Sequence record: PQ462667.1
Source of the DNA: Escherichia phage HMD-P3
Reading direction: 5' to 3' (one strand)
Length of the DNA: 64,000 nt
The translations under genes and the position numbers were made by a program. This document shows, piece after piece, positions 18,031 through 27,788 of this stretch. The notes beneath the pieces are model-generated. The model saw only the letters and a program-made list of their open reading frames with translations. It was not told where the DNA came from and did not search any database. Positions within the stretch are counted from its first letter, which is position 1. Each line of letters begins with the position of its first letter.

Positions 18031-18810
18031 ATGAAAATCGAAATTCCAATACAATGTCCCTCTTGTGGTTCTAAGCTAGATCTTGTCAACGGACAATTAT
18101 TCTGTCGGAATAAGTCCAACTGTCCAGCGCAATCAAGTAAGTTAATTGAGAACTTCTGTACAAAAATGAAGTTAAAGGGCTTTGGCCCAAAAACTATTGA
18201 GAAGCTGGAGCTGACGAAGATTTCAGAACTATTCTACCTAACCGAAGAAGATTTGGTTAGAGCCGTGGGTAGCAAGGTTGCCGCTAAATTAATTAGCGAA
18301 TTAAATACTAAAGTTCGCGGAGACATTGACTTTGGTTCAGTTCTCGGTTCTTTAGGAATCCCTCTAATTGGAGAGGTTGCAGCAAAGAAATTATCCCAAA
18401 ATTGCACTAGCTTCCACGATGTGAAGGCTGACGGCAAGGCTGGAGAAAACTATAAAACCTGGCTAAATTCCCCACAAGGCAAGGATGTTATTGAATTACC
18501 GTGGAAATTCTCAACTGGTATCAGAGGTGCAAAAGCTAATATTATCATTACAGATGAATTAGTTGCCCAGCCAAACGGAATCGCGGTATGTATTACCGGA
18601 TCTTTGCAAGATTTTGCAAATCGAACGGATGCAACAAACTATTTAGAAAGTCTAGGATATACGGTTAAGAAATCCGTTACCAAAGACGTCAAATACCTAA
18701 TCTGTGAGGATGAATCAAAACGTTCTTCCTCATCTTATAAGAAAGCCGAAACGAATGGGATAGAAATCCTGTCGATTAAAGAACTATTGGAGAAAAATAA
18801 TAATGTCTAA
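18031..18810 (+). CDS. NAD-dependent DNA ligase, C-terminal (Zn finger / HhH / BRCT) part
   Basis: Cys4 zinc-finger CPSCGSKL...CRNKSNCPAQ at the N-terminus, HhH-like and BRCT-like C-terminal region; ATG 18031 (longest ORF from TTG 18028). Confidence 0.75.
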   Translation: MKIEIPIQCPSCGSKLDLVNGQLFCRNKSNCPAQSSKLIENFCTKMKLKGFGPKTIEKLELTKISELFYLTEEDLVRAVGSKVAAKLISELNTKVRGDIDFGSVLGSLGIPLIGEVAAKKLSQNCTSFHDVKADGKAGENYKTWLNSPQGKDVIELPWKFSTGIRGAKANIIITDELVAQPNGIAVCITGSLQDFANRTDATNYLESLGYTVKKSVTKDVKYLICEDESKRSSSSYKKAETNGIEILSIKELLEKNNNV

Positions 18811-19570
18811 ACTGAACTGGAACGTAGAAGGTGTAACCGAGTCTCTGAAAGCAAAAGCCACTGCTCTGGGTGTTGCTGTAATCTCTCAAGAACAAGTAGC
18901 TGCTATCGCTGCTGAACTGGCTGCTGAAACTGGCAAAGACGTTACAGCTCGCTCTGTCGGCTCTAAACTGCGTAAAGAAGGTTTTGAAGTACAGAAAGCT
19001 AACGAAGTACAGAAATCCCCGTGGACTCCTGAGCAGGAAGCTGAACTGGTTGATTTCCTGAACGCTCATGCTGGTCAGTACACCTATGCTGAAATCGCTG
19101 CTGCTGTAGCTGGTGGTCAGTTCGGTGCTAAACAGGTACAGGGTAAGATCCTGAGTCTGGAAATGACCGCTTCTGTTAAGCCAACCGAAAAAGCTGCTGC
19201 TGTTCGTTCCTTTACTCCAGATGAAGAAACTGATTTTGTTAATCAGGTTGTTGCTGGTGCTACTATTGAAGCTATCGCTGCTCACTTCGGTCGTAATATC
19301 AAGCAGATCCGTGGTAAAGCTCTGAGCCTGCTTCGTGAAGGTCGTATCGCTGCTATGCCGGTACAGGAAACTTCAAGTGCTAAAACTCGTGAAGATCTGT
19401 TAGAAGGTCTGGATCTGGTTAACATGACTGTTGCTGAGATCGCTGAGAAAACTGGTAAGTCTGAGCGCGGTGTTAAATCTATGCTGTCTCGTCGTGGTCT
19501 GGTTGCTAAGGACTATGATGGTGCCGCTAAGCGTGCTAAACTGGATGCAAAAGCTGCGGCTGCTGAATAA
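18803..19570 (+). CDS. abundant early DNA-binding-like protein with four internal HTH-like repeats (possibly the T5 D5-type protein)
   Basis: 255 aa; strongly host-optimised codons; four repeats of the pattern xAEIAxxxGKxxxxVxSKLRxxG; strong terminator downstream. Confidence 0.55.
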   Translation: MSKLNWNVEGVTESLKAKATALGVAVISQEQVAAIAAELAAETGKDVTARSVGSKLRKEGFEVQKANEVQKSPWTPEQEAELVDFLNAHAGQYTYAEIAAAVAGGQFGAKQVQGKILSLEMTASVKPTEKAAAVRSFTPDEETDFVNQVVAGATIEAIAAHFGRNIKQIRGKALSLLREGRIAAMPVQETSSAKTREDLLEGLDLVNMTVAEIAEKTGKSERGVKSMLSRRGLVAKDYDGAAKRAKLDAKAAAAE

Positions 19571-19588
19571 TCTGGTAAATTAAACCTA

Positions 19589-19620
19589 AGGGGAGGGGGC
19601 TATGCTCCTTCCCCTTTTTG
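19589..19620 (+). terminator. strong rho-independent terminator
   Basis: 11-bp stem AGGGGAGGGGG / CTCCTTCCCCT with loop CTATG, followed by TTTTT. Confidence 0.65.
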
Positions 19621-19652
19621 CATTTAGAAGGCACGAAAGCGTGCAAAGGAGA

Positions 19653-21125
19653 ATGACCTTGTTTAACGTGCAAGCTGTAGTGTTGAAGATGCTTCTCGCT
19701 TCTGAACAGAAGCAAATAGCATTGGAAACATTCTCAAAACTGCATAAAGATCATTTTAATGACGCTTTCTCCTCAATTTACCAAGCCGTCCAGAATTATT
19801 ATAAAAAATATAACACAATGCCGTCCATTGACGCACTTATGCTTGAAGCTAATAGGAACGCCCGCCTTTCTCAAGCTCTAGTCGTCTTAGCTAACACTCA
19901 AATTCCAGAAGTGAGCATGGAACAGGCACTTGAAGTCCTAGAGGCTGAATATACACAGGATTTATTCCTGAAGCTTCTAGAAACAGACGTGCTTCAAGAT
20001 TTAACAATGCTGGATCAGGGAGAAATTCTCAACCGAGTTGCCTCCCTTCACTTAAAATTAGAAGAGAAAGTAACGAATACTGGAAAAGTATTCAACGCAG
20101 ATAACATGCGTATTTTCCAGAGAGAAGAAGATACCAAACTGAACTTAATCGCTCTTGGTATTTGTAATGAGTTCGACGCTCAAATTGGTTTAGCTCGCAC
20201 AGAAACGTTACTGCTTGGTGGTTGGCGTGGTACTGGTAAATCCATTATCTGTTCAAACATACAGGTTCAGCAATATTTGAATGGAGATATTGCTCCATAC
20301 TTCTCAATTGAGATGAAAGAACATGAAGTATTTAGACGTAATCTAGCCATGTTAGCAGGTGTATCAGCACTAGCAATGCGTAATAATACTCTAGAAGGTG
20401 CAGCTCTGTTGAGATTAGCCAGAACTAGAGCTAGAATGTTTAATGGTGGTGAAGAGCTTTTTGATAACTTCGTTAAACAGTACACAATGGCTAAGATGAG
20501 TGATTTCTACGATATGGAGAGTAAGCTAATAGAAGGATATGAGCTACATACTCCTATGATTATTGTTTATGACCCTGAGCTGTCTATTACAACAGTTGAC
20601 GTAGAACTAAATAAATTAGTTGCTAGATATGGAGATAAAGTTACAGTAGCTTTACTGGACTATATTAACCAAACCCGACTTCCAGATTCTAAAACCATTG
20701 ATATGTATGACTGGAAAGAACAGATGGTTGTTAGCTCGTCTTTCAAATCTATCTGCCAGAAACATAACGTGGCTGGTGTAGCTCCTTACCAGATCGATCA
20801 AGATGGTAGAACACGTATGTCAAAGGGGATTCTTGATTCCGCGGATATGGCTGCTAATCTTAATGCTGCAAAAGCTGATAATGGTCAAGGTGCTATTATG
20901 TTTGACTTCGTTAAGACTCGTTCTTCTGATAGCGTGAAGTTTATGCCTAAGATGAACTGGGAAACTCTGCGAATGGATAACACTACCAACCTAGCAATGG
21001 AAGACATATCTCAAATGGAAGCTGAGTTCGTTATCCCTATTGAGAAGGATAAGCCGGCTCAACCTAAACGTGCTAAGAAAGACAAAGCTGAAAATTCAAC
21101 AGGTGAACAGGCCAGCGATATATGA
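19653..21125 (+). CDS. DnaB-like replicative helicase
   Basis: Walker A GGWRGTGKS; sits directly upstream of the primase with overlapping stop/start. Start uncertain: ATG 19602 is in the terminator loop, ATG 19653 follows AAGGAG. Confidence 0.7.
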   Translation: MTLFNVQAVVLKMLLASEQKQIALETFSKLHKDHFNDAFSSIYQAVQNYYKKYNTMPSIDALMLEANRNARLSQALVVLANTQIPEVSMEQALEVLEAEYTQDLFLKLLETDVLQDLTMLDQGEILNRVASLHLKLEEKVTNTGKVFNADNMRIFQREEDTKLNLIALGICNEFDAQIGLARTETLLLGGWRGTGKSIICSNIQVQQYLNGDIAPYFSIEMKEHEVFRRNLAMLAGVSALAMRNNTLEGAALLRLARTRARMFNGGEELFDNFVKQYTMAKMSDFYDMESKLIEGYELHTPMIIVYDPELSITTVDVELNKLVARYGDKVTVALLDYINQTRLPDSKTIDMYDWKEQMVVSSSFKSICQKHNVAGVAPYQIDQDGRTRMSKGILDSADMAANLNAAKADNGQGAIMFDFVKTRSSDSVKFMPKMNWETLRMDNTTNLAMEDISQMEAEFVIPIEKDKPAQPKRAKKDKAENSTGEQASDI

Positions 21126-22012
21126 GTAGAATAACAGAACTACTTGATCTGAAAGGCATTGAATATAAAGACACAGGTGGGGACATCCTCATCTGTTGTC
21201 TCAATCCAGATCATGACGATAAACACCCAAGTTTGCGTATTGATCCTGAAACAGGTATTATGCACTGCTTGAGTTGTGGCTTCGGTAAAGGTATACCGAG
21301 CATTTACCATTATTTTAATGAGACTCAGTACCGACAGTCCCCAAGGCTATCGCAAGTACGCAAAAAGATTTCAGAGATTAGGAATGGATCAACGAATCTT
21401 GCAATTCCTGAATCTGCTTACCTTTTCGAAGGTGATTTCCGAGGTATAAGTTCTAAGACCTTGAAGAAATATTTTGCTTTCCAACACCAAGCAGACTGGG
21501 AAGGCAGAATTGTATTCCCAATCACAGATGCTGTTGGACGCAATATCCTATTTTTGGGTCGTTCTATAAACAGTTCTGCCCCTCCTAAATACTTAGTAAA
21601 ACCAAAACAAGTTTCACCACCGATTTTCCCTGTACGATATAATACTCCAGTTCTTATTCTAGTTGAAGGTATCTTTGATATGCTGAACCTAGAGGATAAT
21701 GGTATAGACTATGCTTCTTGCTGCTTTGGTACACATCAGTTTACTTCGGATAACATTGCAGATAAGTTCAGTCCTTATATTATTGCGGGTGTAAAAGTTG
21801 TTGTTATCTTACTAGATAATGATGCTTCTGGTAATAAGGCTGCACAAGCATTGGCCAAATTAATTCGTACAAAAACGCGTTTAACACCTGTAGTGGCTAA
21901 CTTTCTTCTGCCTGAGGGTAAAGATCCTGGTGAGTTAAACAAAGATGAAATTGATATGTTAGCAAAACGTATTGAAATTTTAGTTGCTGAATCGCTTAAA
22001 GATTTGGTATAA
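21122..22012 (+). CDS. DNA primase (DnaG-like zinc finger plus TOPRIM)
   Basis: Zinc-binding CLNPDHDDKHP...HCLSCGFG and TOPRIM motifs LVEGIFD / LLDNDASG. Confidence 0.8.
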   Translation: MSRITELLDLKGIEYKDTGGDILICCLNPDHDDKHPSLRIDPETGIMHCLSCGFGKGIPSIYHYFNETQYRQSPRLSQVRKKISEIRNGSTNLAIPESAYLFEGDFRGISSKTLKKYFAFQHQADWEGRIVFPITDAVGRNILFLGRSINSSAPPKYLVKPKQVSPPIFPVRYNTPVLILVEGIFDMLNLEDNGIDYASCCFGTHQFTSDNIADKFSPYIIAGVKVVVILLDNDASGNKAAQALAKLIRTKTRLTPVVANFLLPEGKDPGELNKDEIDMLAKRIEILVAESLKDLV

Positions 22013-22074
22013 TATATTGGTAAGTTAGAGAAGAAACACTGAAGTTATACTTACTTACCAAGAGGAGATTAAAT

Positions 22075-24642
22075 TTGAAAATCGCAGTAGTTGATAAAGC
22101 TCTAAATAACACTCGTTACGATAAACATTTCCAGCTATACGGCGAGGAAGTTGATGTATTCCATATGTGTAACGAGAAGTTATCTGGTCGTTTGCTTAAA
22201 AAGCATATTACTATTGGAACACCAGAAAACCCATTCGATCCGAATGATTATGATTTTGTTATACTAGTAGGTGCTGAACCTTTCCTGTACTTTGCAGGTA
22301 AGAAAGGTATTGGTGACTATACTGGTAAACGTGTAGAGTATAATGGATATGCTAACTGGATTGCGAGTATCAGCCCAGCCCAGTTACACTTTAAGCCCGA
22401 AATGAAACCAGTTTTTGATGCAACAGTAGATAATATCCACGATATTATCAATGGTCGTGAGAAGATTGCAAAAGCTGGTGATTACCGTCCTATTACTGAC
22501 CCTGACGAGGCGGAAGAATATATCAAGATGGTGTATAATATGGTTATCGGACCTGTCGCATTCGACTCCGAAACCTCAGCACTATACTGTCGAGATGGTT
22601 ATCTGCTTGGTGTTTCTATGTCTCACCAAGAGTATCAGGGTGTATATATCGATTCTGATTGTCTCACAGAGGTTGCAGTATATTATCTCCAGAAAATTCT
22701 GGATAGTGAAAACCACACTATTGTTTTTCACAACCTGAAGTTTGATATGCACTTTTATAAGTACCATCTGGGACTTACTTTTGATAAAGCACATAAAGAA
22801 CGCAGGCTCCATGATACTATGTTGCAGCATTATGTCCTAGATGAGCGTCGTGGTACTCATGGCTTGAAATCTCTAGCAATGAAGTATACCGATATGGGTG
22901 ACTATGACTTTGAACTAGATAAGTTCAAGGAGGATTACTGCAAAGCACATAAAATCAAGAAAGAAGATTTCACCTATGATTTAATTCCGTTTGATATTAT
23001 GTGGCCTTACGCTGCAAAAGATACCGATGCCACCATACGTTTACACAACTTCTTCTTACCAAAAATTGAGAAGAACGAAAAGCTTTGCAGTCTGTATTAT
23101 GATGTTTTGATGCCTGGTTGTGTATTTCTCCAGCGTGTTGAGGATCGTGGTGTACCTATTTCTATTGATCGTTTAAAAGAAGCTCAGTACCAGTTAACTC
23201 ATAATCTGAATAAAGCTCGTGAAAAGCTGTATACTTATCCAGAAGTAGTTCAGCTAGAGAAAGATCAGAATGAAGCGTTTAACCCAAACTCTGTTAAACA
23301 ACTCCGTGTTCTTCTGTTTGACTATGTTGGCTTAACTCCAACAGGTAAATTGACGGATACTGGAGCAGACTCTACAGATGCAGAAGCTCTGAACGAATTG
23401 TCTACGCAGCATCCAATTGCTAAGACTCTACTAGAGATTCGTAAGCTGACTAAGCTGATCTCTACTTACGTTGAAAAAATTCTTCTGAGTATTGATGCAG
23501 ATGGTTGCATTCGTACTGGTTTCCACGAACATATGACTACTTCTGGTCGTCTGAGTTCTTCTGGTAAACTGAACCTGCAACAGTTACCTCGTGATGAATC
23601 TATTATCAAGGGCTGTGTAGTAGCTCCTCCTGGGTATCGTGTAATTGCTTGGGACTTAACAACTGCGGAAGTTTATTATGCTGCTGTTCTATCTGGGGAT
23701 AGAAATATGCAACAAGTATTTATCAACATGAGAAATGAACCTGATAAATACCCTGACTTCCACTCTAACATCGCACACATGGTATTTAAGCTCCAATGCG
23801 AGCCTCGTGATGTTAAAAAGTTATTCCCAGCTCTGCGTCAAGCAGCTAAAGCAATCACCTTTGGTATTCTGTATGGTTCTGGCCCAGCTAAAGTAGCTCA
23901 TTCTGTTAACGAAGCTCTTCTGGAACAGGCTGGTAAGACAGGCGAACCGTTTGTAGAGTGTACTGTTGCAGATGCTAAAGAGTACATTGAAACTTACTTC
24001 GGTCAGTTCCCACAGCTTAAGCGTTGGATTGATAAGTGTCACGACCAGATCAAGAACCATGGATTTATCTATAGTCACTTTGGTCGTAAACGTCGTCTGC
24101 ATAATATCCACTCCGAAGACCGTGGTGTTCAGGGTGAAGAAATCCGTTCTGGATTTAACGCAATCATTCAGTCTGCTTCTTCTGATAGTCTCCTTTTAGG
24201 TGCTGTAGATGCAGATAATGAGATCATTTCTCTTGGCCTAGAACAAGAGATGAAGATTGTTATGCTGGTTCATGACTCCGTAGTTGCTATTGTTCGTGAA
24301 GACTTGATCGACCAATACAATGAAATCCTGATTCGTAATATCCAAAAAGACCGTGGTATCAGTATTCCTGGCTGTCCGATTGGTATTGATTCTGATTCTG
24401 AAGCTGGAGGTTCTCGTGACTACTCTTGTGGTAAGATGAAGAAGCAACATCCATCAATCGCTTGTATTGATGATGATGAATATACTCGTTATGTTAAGGG
24501 TGTATTACTTGACGCAGAGTTCGAGTATAAGAAACTAGCTGCAATGGATAAAGAGCATCCAGATCATAGCAAATACAAGGATGATAAGTTTATTGCTGTA
24601 TGTAAAGATTTGGATAACGTGAAAAGGATTCTCGGTGCTTGA
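22075..24642 (+). CDS. DNA polymerase, family A, with 3-5 exonuclease domain (T5 DNA polymerase-like)
   Basis: 855 aa; exo motif FDSET, Pol A motif B RQAAKAITFGILYG, motif C VHDS; TTG start 6 nt after GAGGAG; size matches my recollection of T5 DNA polymerase. Confidence 0.92.
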   Translation: MKIAVVDKALNNTRYDKHFQLYGEEVDVFHMCNEKLSGRLLKKHITIGTPENPFDPNDYDFVILVGAEPFLYFAGKKGIGDYTGKRVEYNGYANWIASISPAQLHFKPEMKPVFDATVDNIHDIINGREKIAKAGDYRPITDPDEAEEYIKMVYNMVIGPVAFDSETSALYCRDGYLLGVSMSHQEYQGVYIDSDCLTEVAVYYLQKILDSENHTIVFHNLKFDMHFYKYHLGLTFDKAHKERRLHDTMLQHYVLDERRGTHGLKSLAMKYTDMGDYDFELDKFKEDYCKAHKIKKEDFTYDLIPFDIMWPYAAKDTDATIRLHNFFLPKIEKNEKLCSLYYDVLMPGCVFLQRVEDRGVPISIDRLKEAQYQLTHNLNKAREKLYTYPEVVQLEKDQNEAFNPNSVKQLRVLLFDYVGLTPTGKLTDTGADSTDAEALNELSTQHPIAKTLLEIRKLTKLISTYVEKILLSIDADGCIRTGFHEHMTTSGRLSSSGKLNLQQLPRDESIIKGCVVAPPGYRVIAWDLTTAEVYYAAVLSGDRNMQQVFINMRNEPDKYPDFHSNIAHMVFKLQCEPRDVKKLFPALRQAAKAITFGILYGSGPAKVAHSVNEALLEQAGKTGEPFVECTVADAKEYIETYFGQFPQLKRWIDKCHDQIKNHGFIYSHFGRKRRLHNIHSEDRGVQGEEIRSGFNAIIQSASSDSLLLGAVDADNEIISLGLEQEMKIVMLVHDSVVAIVREDLIDQYNEILIRNIQKDRGISIPGCPIGIDSDSEAGGSRDYSCGKMKKQHPSIACIDDDEYTRYVKGVLLDAEFEYKKLAAMDKEHPDHSKYKDDKFIAVCKDLDNVKRILGA

Positions 24643-25132
24643 TTTCAAATTGCCCGTATATGCTTTACGGGCGTTTGTATCAATTGAGCAGGAAGGTGAT
24701 TATTCCGTAATTACAACAAGATATAATAAATATGTGCTAGATAACAGGAAGTTGCCTGGCACTTTTTCTCAACGTAGACTTATTCTATTTGAGAAACGGA
24801 AAGAATTACCGTACAAGCTCTACCCTATTAGAGGTAGAATATCAATGTTGTCTCAATTAGTTGGGTCAAAGCGTAGCCAATTTATAGATTCTGATGGAAA
24901 TCTTATTAACTGGAAGAAAACTACGTTCTATGATGTTGTCACCTCTAAAGTTTTGCATTCAGCTAGAATTTATAACGGAAAATACCAATGCTATGTAGCT
25001 AAAGTTCCATATCCATTTGTATTATCCTATGTTCCAGCTTATATAAGCTATATTCTGGTAAATAATAGCCCTGTTATTTATCAAGTCCATCAAGAGGAGC
25101 CTGAAATTCCTAGACTTAGAATAAAATTATGA
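24635..25132 (+). CDS. hypothetical protein (165 aa), AT-rich codon usage
   Basis: ORF between polymerase and helicase overlapping both neighbours; no recognisable catalytic motif. Confidence 0.5.
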   Translation: MLDFKLPVYALRAFVSIEQEGDYSVITTRYNKYVLDNRKLPGTFSQRRLILFEKRKELPYKLYPIRGRISMLSQLVGSKRSQFIDSDGNLINWKKTTFYDVVTSKVLHSARIYNGKYQCYVAKVPYPFVLSYVPAYISYILVNNSPVIYQVHQEEPEIPRLRIKL

Positions 25133-26481
25133 AGGTTGTTATATCTAATAAAGCCTATTTCAAGCCCGATGATGAACTTTGGGATTATTGTAGTAAACAA
25201 ACCACTTATCACATAGAGACAATGACTAGTAAATACCCTATTATGTATAAGAATAGTGGTGTTGTTGCCAAAGAGATTAAGTGGATTCCTATTACGCGTC
25301 TGGATTTACTAGATGCTAAAGGAGTAAAATACGAATTAGTCGATAAACGTACATTAGCTCCTGTAGATATACCAAAACCTAAGTTCAAGCTGCGTGAAGA
25401 AGATCAGCTTCCAATATACGAAGAATGCGATGATACCTGTATTATTAATGGTAAGCCTGGATTTGGTAAAACTATCCTAGCCCTTGCACTTGCGTATAAA
25501 TTTGGCCAGAAAACTTTGGTAATTTGTACCAACACATCTATTCGTGAAATGTGGGCTGCAGAAGTTCGTAAATGGTTTGGGTTTGAACCGGGTATCATAG
25601 GTTCTGGGAAATACAATATTGATCCACCAATTGTGGTCAGTAATATTCAAACAGTGAATAAACATGCGAATAATCTGTCTAAAGTATTCGGTACTGTTAT
25701 AGTTGATGAAGTTCACCATTGTGTGGCCACAACTTTCACTAACTTCCTAGAAATATCATGTGCTCGCTATAAGATTGGACTATCTGGAACATTAAAACGT
25801 AAAGATGGTCTACAAGTTATGTTCAAAGATTTCTTTGGATATAAGGTCTTTAGCCCACCGGTTAATAATACTGTTGCACCTACAATCCATAGGTACTCCG
25901 TGCCTGTTGAGTTATCAGGAAACCAAAACGTACCGTGGGCATTACGTGCTAATGATGTGTACAACCATCCTGAATATCGAGAGACTATTATAAATCTAGC
26001 ACATTTATACGTGAACATGGGACATAAAGTACTCATTGTAAGTGACAGAACAGAGTTAATCCAAACAGTACTAGAAGCTCTTGCACAGCGTGGTGTTACA
26101 ACATATGAAATTATAGGGGCAACCCACTTAGATGACCGATTAAAAATTCAGGAAGATATAGCAAAAGGTGGACCTTGTGTACTTGCAGCAGCTCAAAGTA
26201 TCTTCTCTGAGGGTATTTCTCTAAATGAGTTGTCTTGTTTAATAATGGGAAGTCTCATTAATAATGAATCTCTCATTGAACAGCTTGCAGGACGTGTTCA
26301 ACGTATTGTCGATGGTAAACTCGACCCTATTGTTGTAGATTTAATTATGAAAGGCGGCACTGGACTAAGACAGGCTTCTGGACGTATGGCAGTATATCGT
26401 AATAACGGGTGGAAAACTATTACTATGACTCCGGAGAAAGCAGTTCAATTAGCTAAAATTGCATTTGGCAACAGCTCATAA
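25129..26481 (+). CDS. SF2 DNA helicase (T5 D10-like)
   Basis: Helicase motif I GKPGFGKT and motif II VDEVHH; 450 aa. Confidence 0.8.
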   Translation: MKVVISNKAYFKPDDELWDYCSKQTTYHIETMTSKYPIMYKNSGVVAKEIKWIPITRLDLLDAKGVKYELVDKRTLAPVDIPKPKFKLREEDQLPIYEECDDTCIINGKPGFGKTILALALAYKFGQKTLVICTNTSIREMWAAEVRKWFGFEPGIIGSGKYNIDPPIVVSNIQTVNKHANNLSKVFGTVIVDEVHHCVATTFTNFLEISCARYKIGLSGTLKRKDGLQVMFKDFFGYKVFSPPVNNTVAPTIHRYSVPVELSGNQNVPWALRANDVYNHPEYRETIINLAHLYVNMGHKVLIVSDRTELIQTVLEALAQRGVTTYEIIGATHLDDRLKIQEDIAKGGPCVLAAAQSIFSEGISLNELSCLIMGSLINNESLIEQLAGRVQRIVDGKLDPIVVDLIMKGGTGLRQASGRMAVYRNNGWKTITMTPEKAVQLAKIAFGNSS

Positions 26482-26493
26482 ATGATGTATAAT
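26465..26493 (+). promoter_or_regulatory. T5-type promoter overlapping the 3-prime end of the helicase gene
   Basis: TTGGCA 26465..26470, 17 bp, TATAAT 26488..26493, then ATATACATAAATTTGAGAGAGAAAG. Confidence 0.55.
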
Positions 26494-26564
26494 ATATACA
26501 TAAATTTGAGAGAGAAAGTTTCGGATTGATAAGAAAGTCCGAAGCAGAAAAATAAAAATTTTAG

Positions 26565-26594
26565 TTGCTAAATTCTCTCGAAATCTAGTATAAT
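26565..26594 (+). promoter_or_regulatory. T5-type promoter
   Basis: TTGCTA 26565..26570, 18 bp, TATAAT 26589..26594, then ATATACATAAATTCGAGGAG. Confidence 0.55.
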
Positions 26595-26701
26595 ATATAC
26601 ATAAATTCGAGGAGAAAACAAAAATTAAATTCTTCGATTATGAAAAGCTATACTTACTAGCTAGAGGAAATTCCGACCTAATTATTAAGCTATTCAAAAG
26701 A

Positions 26702-26986
26702 ATGCTTACAGAGCCTGATGCTCACCAATTATTGGTCGGTTCCTCATTCATTTTGAATGAATCAACAATAGTTGATAATCCAAATAAATTGTCTAATAGA
26801 CAACTGGCAGAATATCTAGGAATTTTAAGTCTACGAAATTATGCCGAATACAAGTTTACAAACGATCCTAGTTTGGACATACAATATGTTCCAGTATGGA
26901 TACCACGTTTAGTAATCGACACTAACCCACTAATCGCAATTAACAAATCGAAATTAATCTTTAAAGAGGAAATAAAATATGGCTAA
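26702..26986 (+). CDS. hypothetical protein (94 aa)
   Basis: ORF only; no canonical RBS; start uncertain. Confidence 0.35.
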   Translation: MLTEPDAHQLLVGSSFILNESTIVDNPNKLSNRQLAEYLGILSLRNYAEYKFTNDPSLDIQYVPVWIPRLVIDTNPLIAINKSKLIFKEEIKYG

Positions 26987-27752
26987 GTCTTGGGGCGAAA
27001 CTACTGGCGGTTCTAACGATAAAATCGAATTCCTGAAGTTCAACAACGGTATCACTCGTGTTCGTATCGTTTCTGGTGTTCTTCCACGTTATGTCTATTG
27101 GCTGACTAATAAAGATGGTAACGCAGCTCCTTTCGAATGTCTCCGTTTTAACCGTGACAAAGAGAGTTTTGTTCGTGGTAAAGCTGATCCGGTTCATGAG
27201 ATGGGCTTCTTCGAGAAAGAGCTGGATAAAGATGGTAATCGTGTTCCGCTGAAACCGAAGAAAAACTATATAGCTTTTGTTATCGACCGTTCTGATAACA
27301 AACTGAAAGTAATGGAAGTCAAGGCTACTATTCTGAAAGGCATCCAGTCTATCATGAAGCAGTTGAATCTGGCAACTCCGTTTGATATTGATATTTCTAT
27401 CGAGAAAAAAGGTAAAGGTTTCGATACTGAGTATGATGTACAGCAGATTGCTGCTATGCAGTTCCAGATTAAGCTGCAAGATCCTAACAGTGCGGAATCT
27501 AAGCAATATGCTGCGGATGTAGATCTGATCGGTGAAGCTATGTGTGACGAAGATGGCGACATCATTAAGTTCGAAAAAGTTCCTTCTCTGGAACAAACCT
27601 ATCCGGTTCCTACCTATGAAGAGCAGAAAGAAGCAATTCAAGCCTTCATGGAGGGGCGTGAGAATAAAGATGATGATGCCAAATCTGGTAATAGCAATGC
27701 AGGTTCCCAGAAAGGTATTGACTCAGAAGCTGCAAGCGATCTGGACGACTAA
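26979..27752 (+). CDS. hypothetical protein with acidic C-terminal tail (candidate ssDNA-binding protein)
   Basis: 257 aa; host-optimised codons; C-terminus DSEAASDLDD resembles the acidic tails of SSB proteins; function not established. Confidence 0.45.
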   Translation: MAKSWGETTGGSNDKIEFLKFNNGITRVRIVSGVLPRYVYWLTNKDGNAAPFECLRFNRDKESFVRGKADPVHEMGFFEKELDKDGNRVPLKPKKNYIAFVIDRSDNKLKVMEVKATILKGIQSIMKQLNLATPFDIDISIEKKGKGFDTEYDVQQIAAMQFQIKLQDPNSAESKQYAADVDLIGEAMCDEDGDIIKFEKVPSLEQTYPVPTYEEQKEAIQAFMEGRENKDDDAKSGNSNAGSQKGIDSEAASDLDD

Positions 27753-27759
27753 TAAATAG

Positions 27760-27783
27760 AGGGGCTTCGGCCCCTTTCTTTTT
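27760..27783 (+). terminator. rho-independent terminator with UUCG tetraloop
   Basis: AGGGGC-TTCG-GCCCCT followed by TTTCTTTTT. Confidence 0.65.
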
Positions 27784-27788
27784 AACCA

